DNA of 63,539 bases, counting the filler, from Rhabdomonas costata (Eukaryota): NCBI GenBank assembly GCA_019059605.1. It is 29 parts of 29 records of this genome, joined end to end, with 100 filler letters (N's around TTAATTAATTAA, not from the genome) between each part and the next. Parts side by side here need not be neighbours in the genome. Positions count along the whole stretch, not along the records: positions 24,155 to 26,249 come from JAHMHO010005697.1; positions 26,350 to 28,444 come from JAHMHO010005698.1; positions 28,545 to 30,638 come from JAHMHO010005699.1; positions 30,739 to 32,832 come from JAHMHO010005700.1; positions 32,933 to 35,027 come from JAHMHO010005701.1; positions 35,128 to 37,221 come from JAHMHO010005702.1; 23 more parts are not named here. The stretch is one strand, 5' to 3'. The translations under genes were made by a program, and so were the position numbers. Shown in pieces: positions 24,501 to 35,951 of this stretch (its first letter is position 1; each line of letters opens with the position of its first letter). The notes under the pieces were generated by a model. That model was not told where the DNA came from. It saw only the letters and a list, made by a program, of their open reading frames with translations, and did not search any database.

Positions 24501-25711
24501 GTCTTAAAACGAGCCACCCTGAACGCAGACGGGCGGCCTTCAGTGGAAGGAGAGAACCAGAGGGAAGCGTTGGGCTCTGGTCCGTCCCAGCGTTCCGTTT
24601 TTTCCCAGCGTTGTTCTAAACCCTACACAACACGCGTTTGTACCTCACTCCGTTTTCATGCCGTTTTGTGACTGCTATCACTTTTGAAAAGGTGATAGCG
24701 GACGCGGAAATTCCCCCTGGAATTGTGCCAGCTGCATCCTGAGGCTTCTATTTCAAGTTTCTCCATGACGCGCTTTCGAGGTGGACTGCCGAGGCATGCG
24801 AGCGCAGGAGTCACATCCGGGCTATCTTGGCATCTTTGCATCCCATGTCTCACTTCAGTCAACATCAGCCTCAGCGACATGACTCCGAGAGGACTGCGAG
24901 GGATCATGAGCGCAGGGCGGGATTTAGCACCACAGATGCGGTGATGTCGGTCTCCTCCACCTCCATTATGCCCACTGCCACATTCGAATGCTACAATTTC
25001 TGAAAATACCTTACCCTACCTACCCACAAACGTTCAAAAGAGATCCAGGACAAAAATCATTGTCGGCGAAACGCCTCCCCTTACATCGCAACCAACAACC
25101 AAGATTTGCAAACTCAAGAATGCGGACTTCGAACAAGAGAACCCAAGATCACCCCGCAACACAACCGAACCCAACACGTCCGACACACCGGCCGGCCTCC
25201 GCCTTCAAATACAAGAATGGGAGTTGTCGCAACTGGCGGTGAAGGGCAATTGTAACAGGTCCTTCCTGCCAAATCCCAGCAAGGAAAAGTCCTTAGCAAT
25301 CGCTCCCGTCGTCGAAGCCCAAAATTATTGACCTGTGAAAATTTCATTGCATTTACAACAATAGGCACCCTCCTCCAGTGAGATTAAAAAGAAAACTGTC
25401 TTTTTCAGACTCCAAAAGACGATAGCTATGACATAAGCGACGATAGCGCACGCAAAATGGTAACAGAATAGAATGTCAGGCAGAAAAGGGGGCTCGTGTT
25501 TTCGCAATTGCTTGTTGAAGTGCTCGAACACTGTTATTCCATATTCCGGACTATTCGCGCTTGAACAAAAATCCACCTGGAACCTGCCATAGACAAGGAG
25601 AAGGAGGAACAGAAAAAGAAGGAGAAACAACCAAAGCTCCTTCTCGTGTCAGGTCGAGTCAGGAAAATGCACCACAAGAAAGCAGGAGGCTTGAATGTTT
25701 CCAGATAAAGT

Positions 25712-26156
25712 CACACCGGCAGAGGAACGTTGAAATCCATCTCACCAGCTTCGTCGCCCCACCTTCCCTGGTCCTTGGCAGCCTGCTCGCCCATTTCTTC
25801 AGGGGAAGACGTCTTGCAAGAGCTCCAGGCATTGGGTCCTAATAGAAATACCGAGGGGTGCAGGGCAGAAGGAGACGCTGGAAAAAAAGATATGCATCAC
25901 AACAGAAGTACAAACCTCCGGGAAACAGCTTAACCTCCCCGGAGGGGGCAGACTGAGCACTTCCGATAGTTTGGCGGGTCAGCTCTTTCTTTTCAGGCGC
26001 CCCGGGTTTTGAAGGCGCCTTGAAGACTTGAAACCTTCCCCGGTTAATCTGAAGTGGGATGCTCTGCGGTCGTTGCGGCTGCTGCTGCTGCTGTTGCTGC
26101 TGAAAACGTTGGGATATGTTGACATTCGCGAATCGTCCTTGAACAGGAGCTTCACT
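25712..26156 (-). CDS. Exons of an unknown polyQ-containing protein
   Basis: Acceptor tcgaacag|AGT; frame SEAPVQGRFANVNISQRFQQQQQQQQPQ…PSGE|gttaag. Likely next exon TSSPEEMG…RWGDEAGEMDFNVPLP. Boundaries approximate. Confidence 0.45.
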
Positions 26157-28799
26157 CTGTTCGAAACAAAGAAGCAACACATACCGGGAATCGCGAATGT
26201 CAACATATCCCAACGTTTTCAGCAGCAACAGCAGCAGCAGCAGCCCCAANNNNNNNNNNNNNNNNNNNNNNNNNNNNNNNNNNNNNNNNNNNNTTAATTA
26301 ATTAANNNNNNNNNNNNNNNNNNNNNNNNNNNNNNNNNNNNNNNNNNNNTTCCCGCACACAGCCTTCATTACGGATATTGCCCGTGCCACATCGAAGCGA
26401 GAGTCGGGATTTGGTATCCAAAAGCGACCTAAATTCAGCAACCTTTTCTGGGATACGCCGAAGCTTCCCGATGTGCCTGTGCCATCATTATTATTATTGT
26501 AGGTTTTGGCTTCTGACTTTTAAATATCAGCATATCCCTCTCTGTCTCCTTCTGTCGTCATCTCTTCTCATTATTCTACTCCTATTATCTATTATCAAAT
26601 GGCTCCCTCCTCTTTGCCTTACGTCGCAGTTTGGGTTGCCGTGCACCCGCAGTCCTCACGCTCACGGGAGGGGGGGGTACGGATGCGAGATGAAAGGGGA
26701 AGTGAGTACAGCTGAAGGAGGGACACCCACTCATGGTGCACAGAGCGAGCGCAACGGCGAAAGGCATTCACGTCTTGCACCTTGACTTTCCCCAAGGCAG
26801 GCATGATGGCAGACACCCTTCGAGCTAGGGAAGAAGCCTTCCAAACGTCATCTCAGTAAATGGATTCACAGCACATTCGAGGGAGGACCAGGGACCGGGA
26901 ACGTTGTACAAGAGTCGCCTGAGAAGGAGGGATGTCCCCGCTCCACCGGCACTGGAAGCGCAGGGTTTGGGGGAGAGGAAGGCGACTGTGAGTAGTAGTA
27001 GGAATTTTCAAGGCGGTTGGGCGGGGAAGGTGTCTTGTACCATTCTTGTGTGTGGACCGGGGACAGAAACCGGCCGCGCGTGACGTTTTACTACAATGTC
27101 ATGTGCAGGTTTTGTTTCTACTGAAGACGTCCCCTTTTGCTCTTTCTTTCGGGTGAGACGAAAGAGCAACCGCCACAGAAAAGGCAGCTGCCACGCGCAT
27201 TTTGATGTCTTCTGCACGAATGGATGGGGCATTACGTACCAATGGGACGACGGGAAAGGGTAAGCCTCTGAGAGCAAGGAAGTGGCGCTTCAAGCAGGGG
27301 TACCGTGCACTGCCGCTGAACCCACACCACCATCGGCCACCGCTCCTCATCAACGGTCTCCTTGCCAAAGGGTCGGACCTGTGGGAACACAGTGACAGAG
27401 CATGTACAGCGGGGATCCACTCCACCCCCACGTGAGGGTTTGATGTGAGGTGTTGGTGTCATCAAGCATCAACGTCGCTGGCACATAGAAATGAAGGGGA
27501 AAAAGCCCTGAACGACGAGTGTTGTCGTCGTTACATGGCGATGAGAAAAAGAGGAGTAAAGCGGCACATGGGCCCAAAAAAAACGAATCTGAAATTAATA
27601 CGTCATCTGGCCTTCTAAAACGATAGAACAGCTCCTTCACACAGCTAAGGCTCATGCTGGCACTCACAAAACACAGAGAAGATCACCAGGCAACAACGGA
27701 AATACAACGGGCAATACGCGTACTGCTAACCAAAGCAAAGCTGCTCCGGCATAAGGGGTATGGGTTGGGGTTGTCATCATCAGGAAGAGTAAAAGAGTGC
27801 GGGTTAGAGATTCGCCCTCACCCAAAGTTTAAAGTGCACAAAATATTCAAAAGCAGTGCAGTCAATTCAGCTTCCCTTACGACGTGCTATGTTTCCCCTT
27901 TCACCCAGTGTCCATCCCGCTGGAGTACCATGCAGCACATGGGGAAGGCAGGGGAAGGCTGGCAGCACCATGCTCTGCAGCACTGGCAGAGGCAGCGCAA
28001 GCAGCTGGTTGGTCAGGACCTCGGGAAAGTCGTCATGAACAGTGGGCTTCACCGGGTCCAGGGCGAGCCGACTGAGCTGCACTCCGGAGACAGAAACTGT
28101 GCAATGAGATAAGCACTAGACCACCCCAGGGGAAAGCGACCACACTGGCAGTGCACGTGGAGACCGACTACCACCAAGCAAACCCATTGATTTACCTACT
28201 CTTGAATATTGAATACAGCGGCAAAATGAAAAGCAGGAAGAAATTTATGCACATTTTCAGGCTAAGACTGCCATCGATCTGGTCACATTGGGAACTGACA
28301 GACATAGGCACAACCGTACCCATACGCATGTACCGAAAGGTTCCACTGTGCTCGCCGGGGCGGGGCTACGGGGTGTGCAGATCGGGACGCTGTCCAGGGA
28401 CCGGTCACTCCTTGCCGAGACTGAGCAGCCAGAAACAAACAACCNNNNNNNNNNNNNNNNNNNNNNNNNNNNNNNNNNNNNNNNNNNNTTAATTAATTAA
28501 NNNNNNNNNNNNNNNNNNNNNNNNNNNNNNNNNNNNNNNNNNNNTGAGAACATCCAACACAGTCAAGTTCGGAGCGTCAGTGCTGTTGTTGTTTCTCTCA
28601 GCTTCTTCGTCCCTGGGTGAGAGCATTATTCGAAAACGCAGCGGACCAGCATCGATGCTGCCCGTCGCACTTTGTGCAGATCAAACTGGTGTGTAGGTGT
28701 GTGTGTGTGGCTGAAAGCGAACCTGGGGCTTGTGCATGCAGTGTGCGGCTAAGAGTGCTTTATTTGCTGTCTTTTTCTTCTTTTTGGCGTCTGTCTCAG

Positions 28800-28892
28800 G
28801 TCGAATTTAAGGGACAAAGCCTAGCTACCGGTGCTGTTCATGACGGGGACTGCTCGGTGACCGTGACCTTCGGGGCCCAAGCCCTGAAATAG
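28800..28892 (+). CDS. Probable short terminal exon (VEFKGQSLATGAVHDGDCSVTVTFGAQALK*)
   Basis: Polypyrimidine tract plus tctcag acceptor, open to TAG. Confidence 0.4.
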   Translation, partial: VEFKGQSLATGAVHDGDCSVTVTFGAQALK

Positions 28893-31039
28893 TATGGCGT
28901 GCAGTCCCATTGGTTCTGGGCAGGATAGGGTTGAATTGAACTCCGGTTCGAATGGAACTAGATTTGAGCACACACGGAACTGTGAACCCGCCCGGCATTA
29001 CTGAAAGAAGCCCGAGCTTCGTCTTCAACTCCGAGTTGAATTTTTTGAGGTTCTTGTTTCGATAATTTTCAGGGATAACTCTCAACTTTGATGTTTTTGC
29101 TGTATTTACCACTTGGCATTTTCAGAACTCTCCCCGAGTGAACTTTGAGCAAATCAGATTGAGCTTTGCTTTGAAGGTTGAAGTTGAATGGAAATGAACT
29201 TTGAGTCGGCTTGGGAACAGTGACGCCGCAGCAGGGGTTTGGGAAATGTCCACACATGCTTCACCAGGTTTTAAATTCACTTCACTGTTAATATTCCTTG
29301 TTAGTGTCCCCCATGCCTCATGTTTTTTCAACAGTGTGAGCGAAAAAATTTGCCCCACGCCGTGGGCCACGTGCGCAGTGCTGCGGGGCATGCTCGTACG
29401 GCTGGGGGAGTGCACGCTTTGCTCGGGACCTCCGCCCTCTCTTATAATACACCAACTTCTCAGCCACTTTGCCAGCACTGCCCAGGTTTTCCCGCCCCAA
29501 TTTTTCGCCTCGAGCTTCTCTTGAGCGGGGTCCTTCATGTGTGTGCGGCTTCTCCGAGCGACGTAGTGGGGTTCAAGAACTGGGGCAGTTTTTTTTTTGC
29601 ATACCCTTGGTCCCTGGTTGGTGAGTCCGTTGACGTTGACGGCTTTTTCCTTTTCCACGAGAAAATAACCTATGGAACCGAAGTTTCTTTTCCCTTTCTT
29701 TGGAGGGGGGACCACAAGAAAAAATATGTAAAAATCTGGCGAATTCCTCCACTCCCTTTCTGTCCCTGGAGGCTCGGTAGTAACTGCCTTAACTGCAAAA
29801 CATAGAAATGGTTGCATTTAGACACTTTCAGCTCCTTCACTGAGGGGAAACTGGTGTATTCCTGACCTTTGCCAACAGCAAAATAATTGAACTTTGGTAT
29901 GCTTCACCTTCCAGGCTGACGGGACGTCTCTGAAGAGTTGCTCTTATTTTTGCAGATGTTAGCGCTTGGCGATCCCCCTCCACTGGAACTTCCTCTTCTT
30001 CCTCGAGCCCTTGAGTGCACTGAATCAGCCATGATGGAAGGTTCCTGCTTTGTAAGCAGGCAATTTTAGCGGTGCTTTTCTTTCCTGGCGGATTTGTAGC
30101 CTGCCCTGGGATAGCGGCCTTGAAATGTGGGAAGGTCCGAACCTTGCACAAGCCCTTCAACATACAAAAGAATTTTTTTGTGAGGTTTACGGGGAATTTT
30201 TTATTGGATGGGGACTGATTCCGATGCAGCCGCAGTCTGTGACAAACACTTTTGGTTTCACACTACTGGCTGCTCCCCACCCCCAACGGGTGCCCACAAG
30301 GCATGGACAAGGCACCACACAGTTGGTAGGCGACGCGTATCCACAGGCAGGAACGTTTGCGCTGACCATTCCCTTGCACGCACAGGGACTCCTCCAGAAC
30401 GGGACTTCATTCCCTCCCGAGAGATGGGCTCCCCCACCGCGTTTCTGCGGCTGTTCAAGGGGGCTCCAGCCACACTTCCTTCCTTGCAGAAGAGAGCAGC
30501 AGAGCAGCAGCAGCAGAAATCAGAGGACGGGGGCCCCCTTCCAGCTGACTGCCATGCAGAGGTCGCCCATTTTCCCCCGCTCAGGCTTTTAAAGAAAAGT
30601 ATTTTCGACGCGCAGACACACACAAAGTGCTGCTACATNNNNNNNNNNNNNNNNNNNNNNNNNNNNNNNNNNNNNNNNNNNNTTAATTAATTAANNNNNN
30701 NNNNNNNNNNNNNNNNNNNNNNNNNNNNNNNNNNNNNNGTTGGGGGCGACGGCTTGGAAGACCACGAATACGAGAGGAATGAAGAGAATCACCTGCCGCG
30801 AATGTGGCAGATTGGGTTTCTTCATACGGTTGGACTTACGGTTGGACTTAGTCAACTGCACTTCTGTTTAGCCACGCATTGCACCAGCACGCAATTCGTG
30901 AAGGGCGAAGGCTAGCCGCCCTTGAGCAGGAAACGCTAGAGGGTATGGAGGCGAACAAAAGCGTGGGGCGGGCTCCCTTTGGAATACATCTGCGCAGTGC
31001 AGCTCAGGAATAACGCAGGGACAGGCGGACTATATATAC

Positions 31040-32611
31040 CGGGCGCTTGACCAGCTCCGGCTCAGAGGCCGAGGGCAGGACAGTGTTGAGCCTCTCCGCG
31101 GTGCGGGGGGACCGTGTTCCACGGGAATGCTTCCGGGACAGCGGGGCCGCCTTCAGAAGCTCCTGGGTGCACCGAGGAGTCCCGACGCCCTCCAGGTCCG
31201 AGATAGCGCTGGATGCGCACCGCCCGATCTGCTGCACCCACCGACAGGCCAGGCAAGAGCTCTCTTCCAGGGGTTTGCGAAGGGCAACTCTAACGAGCAC
31301 CCAGCTGACCCTTCTCTCAAAATATCTCGGCTTATACCATCACAAGCAATTTGTATTTTTTTTTGGGGGGGGGGGAGGCGTTAAACGTCTAGCACCGCCA
31401 AACGTTTAGCACTGCTGATCGGTCATAAATTTCCATCTCCCCCTGAAAATAAAGTAATCCTACCTTGCTGAATCAAATGCGAGGCAATTGACGAAGTGCA
31501 CTAAAATAACATTTCCAGAAATGTGTCCGCACGTAGCACTGTTCAGCACGCAGCGAAGGGAAGGCAAAGGAGGAGCGCAACCCCGTTGCCGCGAAAAACT
31601 TGTATAGTAAACTGCCGTCAATCCAATTTCAAAGCATAAACAATTGAATCACTTCAAAGCATTCACAGTCACTTTAAGCACAGAAAATTTGAACAGGAGC
31701 AAGCGGGAAGGGGTGCTTTTGATACGCGTTAATTTACAGAAAAATAATTTGTGATATTCCATAACAGGGACGAATTATCACCACCAGACCTCAGTTGTGA
31801 CGGAAAATTTCAAGGTTCTACCCATTCTGTGCAAACTGAGCTCTTTCTCCATTTGCTGCCAAAAATGTATTAGGCTAGAATAGTGCAAAAAAAAATGCGT
31901 CCCGGAAGTATACGGGCATCGGACGGTGACGTTTGTCCCTTTCAACTCAATTCCTCAAGCAATTAAAGGGTGTCGAGCAACGGGAAAAAAACAATCGGGA
32001 AGAGCCTGGGGAGAACCTGGTGAGTGTCCTTCATCGACTGCACGGAGGGCTTTGTCTCCACCCCCACAGGCTCCTCCCCATCCACAGACTCGTCGTCGCT
32101 GCGAAGATGCTGCGAGCGCGTGGAAATCAAAAAATCTCGCGCAGGCGCAGGTGGAGGACTGCAGAAACAGCCCTGTCGAAGAGCAGAGTTCTCTATTCGA
32201 AGGCGGTGGACTCCAGGAAACCAGATCGCTGGTAACTGAGTGGTGGGATTGTCCTCGGCACTTCCAAACAGTGTGAAATGCACGGGGGCCTTACGCGCCG
32301 CAGATGTTGAGCAATGCTAATGCAGCAGGGACACAGAAGTGCGTGGACGATGGGGCGATTTCAGAAACCAGACCGCACAAATTCGAGAACCCTTGCCATC
32401 GCGACAGCTGGGAACCGTCTTCCCGAATGAACTTCAGAGCAAATATAACAGCAAAGCGTAGATTTAATTTGGAAGGACAAGCCAGTTTGCAAAGGAAGGC
32501 TCAGAGCCGCAAAGTGTGCCACACCTGCAGCACAGCCTGAGGGATGTACTTGCGGACCTCAGTGAGGTTCCGGTAGATCTTCAGGCAGGACTGCTGCGTT
32601 GGGGTGGGGTT
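31040..32611 (-). CDS. Probable receptor adenylate cyclase linker region, exons 32611-32525, 32109-32017, 31228-31040
   Basis: Three phase-0 GT-AG exons. NPTPTQQSCLKIYRNLTEVRKYIPQAVL resembles the 'L..YR.Y(V/L)P..VL' signalling helix that precedes class III cyclase domains, and is followed by a low-complexity spacer. Confidence 0.55.
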
Positions 32612-33177
32612 CTGCAATAAAACATCCCAATAGCCGAACTTCTCGAGAACAACAACCAAGATGTGAGACTGCGTGGAGCATGGAGCCACCGGGATAGGTG
32701 TGGGGAGTATGCACAAAGTAAATCACCGCAAGGGATCCAGAGAGGGGTTGGTGGTCAATACAGACAGGACATACTCTAAAGGCTTAAGACTTCTGACGTC
32801 ATAGAAAGGCCGCCTCCTTTGCTCCAAAAACCNNNNNNNNNNNNNNNNNNNNNNNNNNNNNNNNNNNNNNNNNNNNTTAATTAATTAANNNNNNNNNNNN
32901 NNNNNNNNNNNNNNNNNNNNNNNNNNNNNNNNCTTGCGACAGTTGAAAAAGTGCTGAAGTTGTCTACTGTTTCATACAATATTATTCAGCATGAAACTCG
33001 CAAGTTGTTGGAGGAAACACAAGAAAAACTCGTCACCACTCCAGAAAGATCCTAAAGAGGAACTTTATAAGGAAAATCCCACAGAGAAAGCTCCTGACGA
33101 AGAATATCCTGACGAGGAAGATCCTGATGAGGAAGATTCTGCAGAGGAACTTCATGAGGAATACGATGTAATATCAC

Positions 33178-33591
33178 ATGAATGATAATCAGTTATATAC
33201 AATTAATCTTGACACAAGACATGTAGATTATGGTAATAAAATCAATTCAATCATCAATCAATAATTAAATCAACGTATATTAGCATTAAGTAAAACATCA
33301 CCGTTGTATGTATTTTTTTACATAAAAAAGAGTAATTATCTTATATTAATTGTTGATGATATTAATCCTAAAATAGCTGATTCAATAAGAGAAAAATTTC
33401 ATAAGATTGAAATATTTTTAGAACGAGAATTTATGTTAAATATTGTTGATCATGTACTTGTACCTCAACATATTCTATTATCAGATAAAGAAAGCCAACA
33501 AATAATGAAAGAATATAACATAATATATGAGACGTCGTATCATTCTTTGTCCTTTATATTTCTGAAAATAACAGAACATGTTAGATGTTAA
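33178..33591 (+). pseudogene. RPB5: Decayed RNA polymerase subunit Rpb5, giant-virus (Mimiviridae)-like
   Basis: Frame from 33178: MNDNQLYTINLD…NQ*LNQRILALSKTSPLYVFF…LILIVDDINPK…IEIFLEREFMLNIVDHVLVPQHILLSDKESQQIMKEYNI. Rpb5 signature N+..H.LVP.H..L. In-frame TAA at 33262-33264; the C-terminal LP.I...DP motif is missing. Very AT-rich and intronless. Confidence 0.82.
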
Positions 33592-33600
33592 GCAGATCTA

Positions 33601-33633
33601 AGACTTAATAAAAGCACGTTTTTATTAACGTCT
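33601..33633. terminator. AT-rich hairpin downstream of the Rpb5 remnant
   Basis: agac-ttaataaaa…ttttattaa-c-gtct forms a stem-loop, consistent with the mimivirus hairpin termination rule. Confidence 0.4.
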
Positions 33634-33767
33634 ACATCTTTATTCTATATCTTTAATAGCATTTATATCTTTCTTCATCGTTTTATAAAGACGAAGTATT
33701 AGTTCTCTTCTATAGAAGTTTACTAACTACTTGTGTATGTATGTATATTTGTCATTTACATTTTATA

Positions 33768-33775
33768 AAAATTGA
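33768..33775 (+). promoter_or_regulatory. AAAATTGA motif (Mimiviridae early-promoter consensus)
   Basis: Exact octamer in AT-rich intergenic DNA ~160 bp upstream of the ATG at 33938. Confidence 0.45.
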
Positions 33776-33937
33776 AAATGTTTTTGTTTGTCTTGACCCA
33801 TTAAGTCTAAACTAATCACCTTACGACGATCTAAGGATCTAAGAAGATCTCCGTCTTCTTTCCCTGTCTTTCGCTTAGCTTTTATCACAATACAACGAAG
33901 ATCCACTTACTTCGCGCCTGCCATCACTATCCCAACC

Positions 33938-34314
33938 ATGACGGTCACCATGACCGCAACTGCTGTGGAAACTCGCAAGAATTACCTCGTAGGTGTCTGC
34001 CGTTGTGGAACCACGACTTCGAACGGCAAAGGCTTTTGTCGCGATTGCTTTGACAAAGTACAGTCTCCGAAATGCGGAAAGGACAAAAGAGTACCCCGCG
34101 CACAGTGGCACGTGTTAATTGCACATTAAAGCGCCGACAATATGCGACATCTGTGCATGCCAGGGAAGCGCATACGCGCTTCTTGCTCGCGCATACTGAA
34201 GAAGAGCGACTGGCTTGTTTGGAACAAATTTCCGCAAAAATGGCGGAAGTCAATCAGCTGAGCCGTCGATTGTTGCGCCGTCGGAGCCAGCTTGAAGACG
34301 AACAGTCGTCGTAA
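33938..34314 (+). pseudogene. Frameshifted small Cys-rich/helical ORF (CRC..8..CRDC)
   Basis: ORFs 33938-34129 and 34072-34314 join into one ~125-aa frame if a single T is restored at ~34126 (…VLIAH/LKRRQYATS…). Confidence 0.5.
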
Positions 34315-34370
34315 GGTCGATTCGGTGCAAGCCATCTTCCTCTCTCGTCTTCCTTCCTTCGTTGTCTCTC

Positions 34371-34853
34371 TAGACGATCTTCTTGCTTTGCCTCTTCCCC
34401 TTCCCTTAGAAGCTTTGCTACTTGACATTATATACGTACGTACACTTCTACTGTATTGTGTTTCTGTTCGTTAAAAATATTTAATGAACAAAAACATATT
34501 TATTGACCACAACAAAGACACATAACGTTTTCGCTTTGATTACTTCTACTCTGTATTTAAATGTATATTTTTCCATTTCATATCATCCACATTTGCAACG
34601 TTTACCTTTTTATATACAGAAGTATCACATTCTTGTTCATGTGAAAAAAACAAGATCTATAATTGGCTGTTCTCTACTTGCTTCATCGCAAGTTCAGAAC
34701 CGCCACTTGAACAAAGACGGATCTTTGGTTCCTTCTTCCTCCATTCTCTTCCTTCTGCCTTTTAGACGCTTTACTACTTGACTATATACGTACGTACGCT
34801 GCTACTGCATTGTGTTTTCGCTCATCAAAAACATTAAATGAATAAAAACATAT
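34371..34853. repeat. Diverged direct repeat pair (~34371-34499 and ~34713-34853)
   Basis: Shared core: ttaga.gcttt.ctacttgac…tatacgtacgtac.ct.ctactg.attgtgttt…aaaa.a.t.aatgaa.aaaaacatat. Confidence 0.8.
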
Positions 34854-35155
34854 GTATGTATAGAATATCATATATACTTTATAAAACTCCTGAAACAACA
34901 GGAAACTCCTGAAAAACAGAGACGACAACAAATCGAGGGGCAAAATGTAACCCATGTGAATTCCGCCTTTTTTTTCATTGAAAATCTCCAAAATGGACAA
35001 TAATTCTGTATCTCGTTACCCCCCACCNNNNNNNNNNNNNNNNNNNNNNNNNNNNNNNNNNNNNNNNNNNNTTAATTAATTAANNNNNNNNNNNNNNNNN
35101 NNNNNNNNNNNNNNNNNNNNNNNNNNNTGTTTGGGCGCCTCAAGGGCAGGAGGCC

Positions 35156-35951
35156 TCAGCTTCGGTCTGAACAATTGGGGGTCGGTGAGGCAGGGATGAA
35201 GGGAAGGAATTCGGCAGGGCATTTCCTCTGCTTTCCTTTTAATCGTGCTAAGGAAGAGACATTGACAGATTGACCTTAAACTGCAGCATAGAATTTTTTC
35301 TGGGAAAGCAATTGCTCAATCAGAGAGCATGGCGAACGTGGTCACGGGGTATTTGCACGCACACCAAACAAAGAACTGCAAGGTCCCAGGGCCCATGTAA
35401 ACATGAAAAAGCTTCGGAAAAAATAAAATAAGGCTTGTAACACCCCAAAACCAAGAAAATACCATGTGACGTTTCGAGCAGATTTTCGTTTGCCATATTG
35501 CGATGTGCTGGTTAAATACGCCCAGTTCAAAGAGTAGCCCGATATAGAAGAGGGGGAAACCCTCACCGAAATTCCTGAACTCCCTGGAAGAAAAGGCCAA
35601 GATCTCAAAAGATGCAGACCTCCCGGCATCCTATACAATCACCCTCCCCCTAAAATCTAAGTATGAAGAGCACCTCGACTCTGCAGCCTTGCTGCCAGCC
35701 CCCTTTCGCTTCGCCGCGAGGTCCACAAAGGCCCCCGTGGAATTCTCCCAAGACGCCGGAGGTGCGGTGTCTGGGGCGGGGGCCACCCCGCCCCCTGTGG
35801 GGCTGTGACTCGCAGCCGGAGTCTGCTTTGCTCTGGGCTTTCCTCCTGAGGGCTTGGCTGGCTTTGCGGCGGGAGAGGAGCCCGACTCCAGCCCATGGCC
35901 ACGGAGGAACTGCTCACACCACACCTGGTCCTTGGCGGTGACGTGAGGCAT
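35156..35951 (-). CDS. Small unknown gene, exons 35951-35674, 35583-35567 (17 nt), 35247-35156
   Basis: ATG start, phase-consistent GT-AG junctions (phase 2 then 1), TGA stop; ~128 aa with no known domain. Confidence 0.55.

Noticed and set aside
26077-26245. ~55-bp perfect inverted repeat including a CAG tract
   Set aside because: It is an inverted copy of an exon that ends at the contig end; fold-back artefact.
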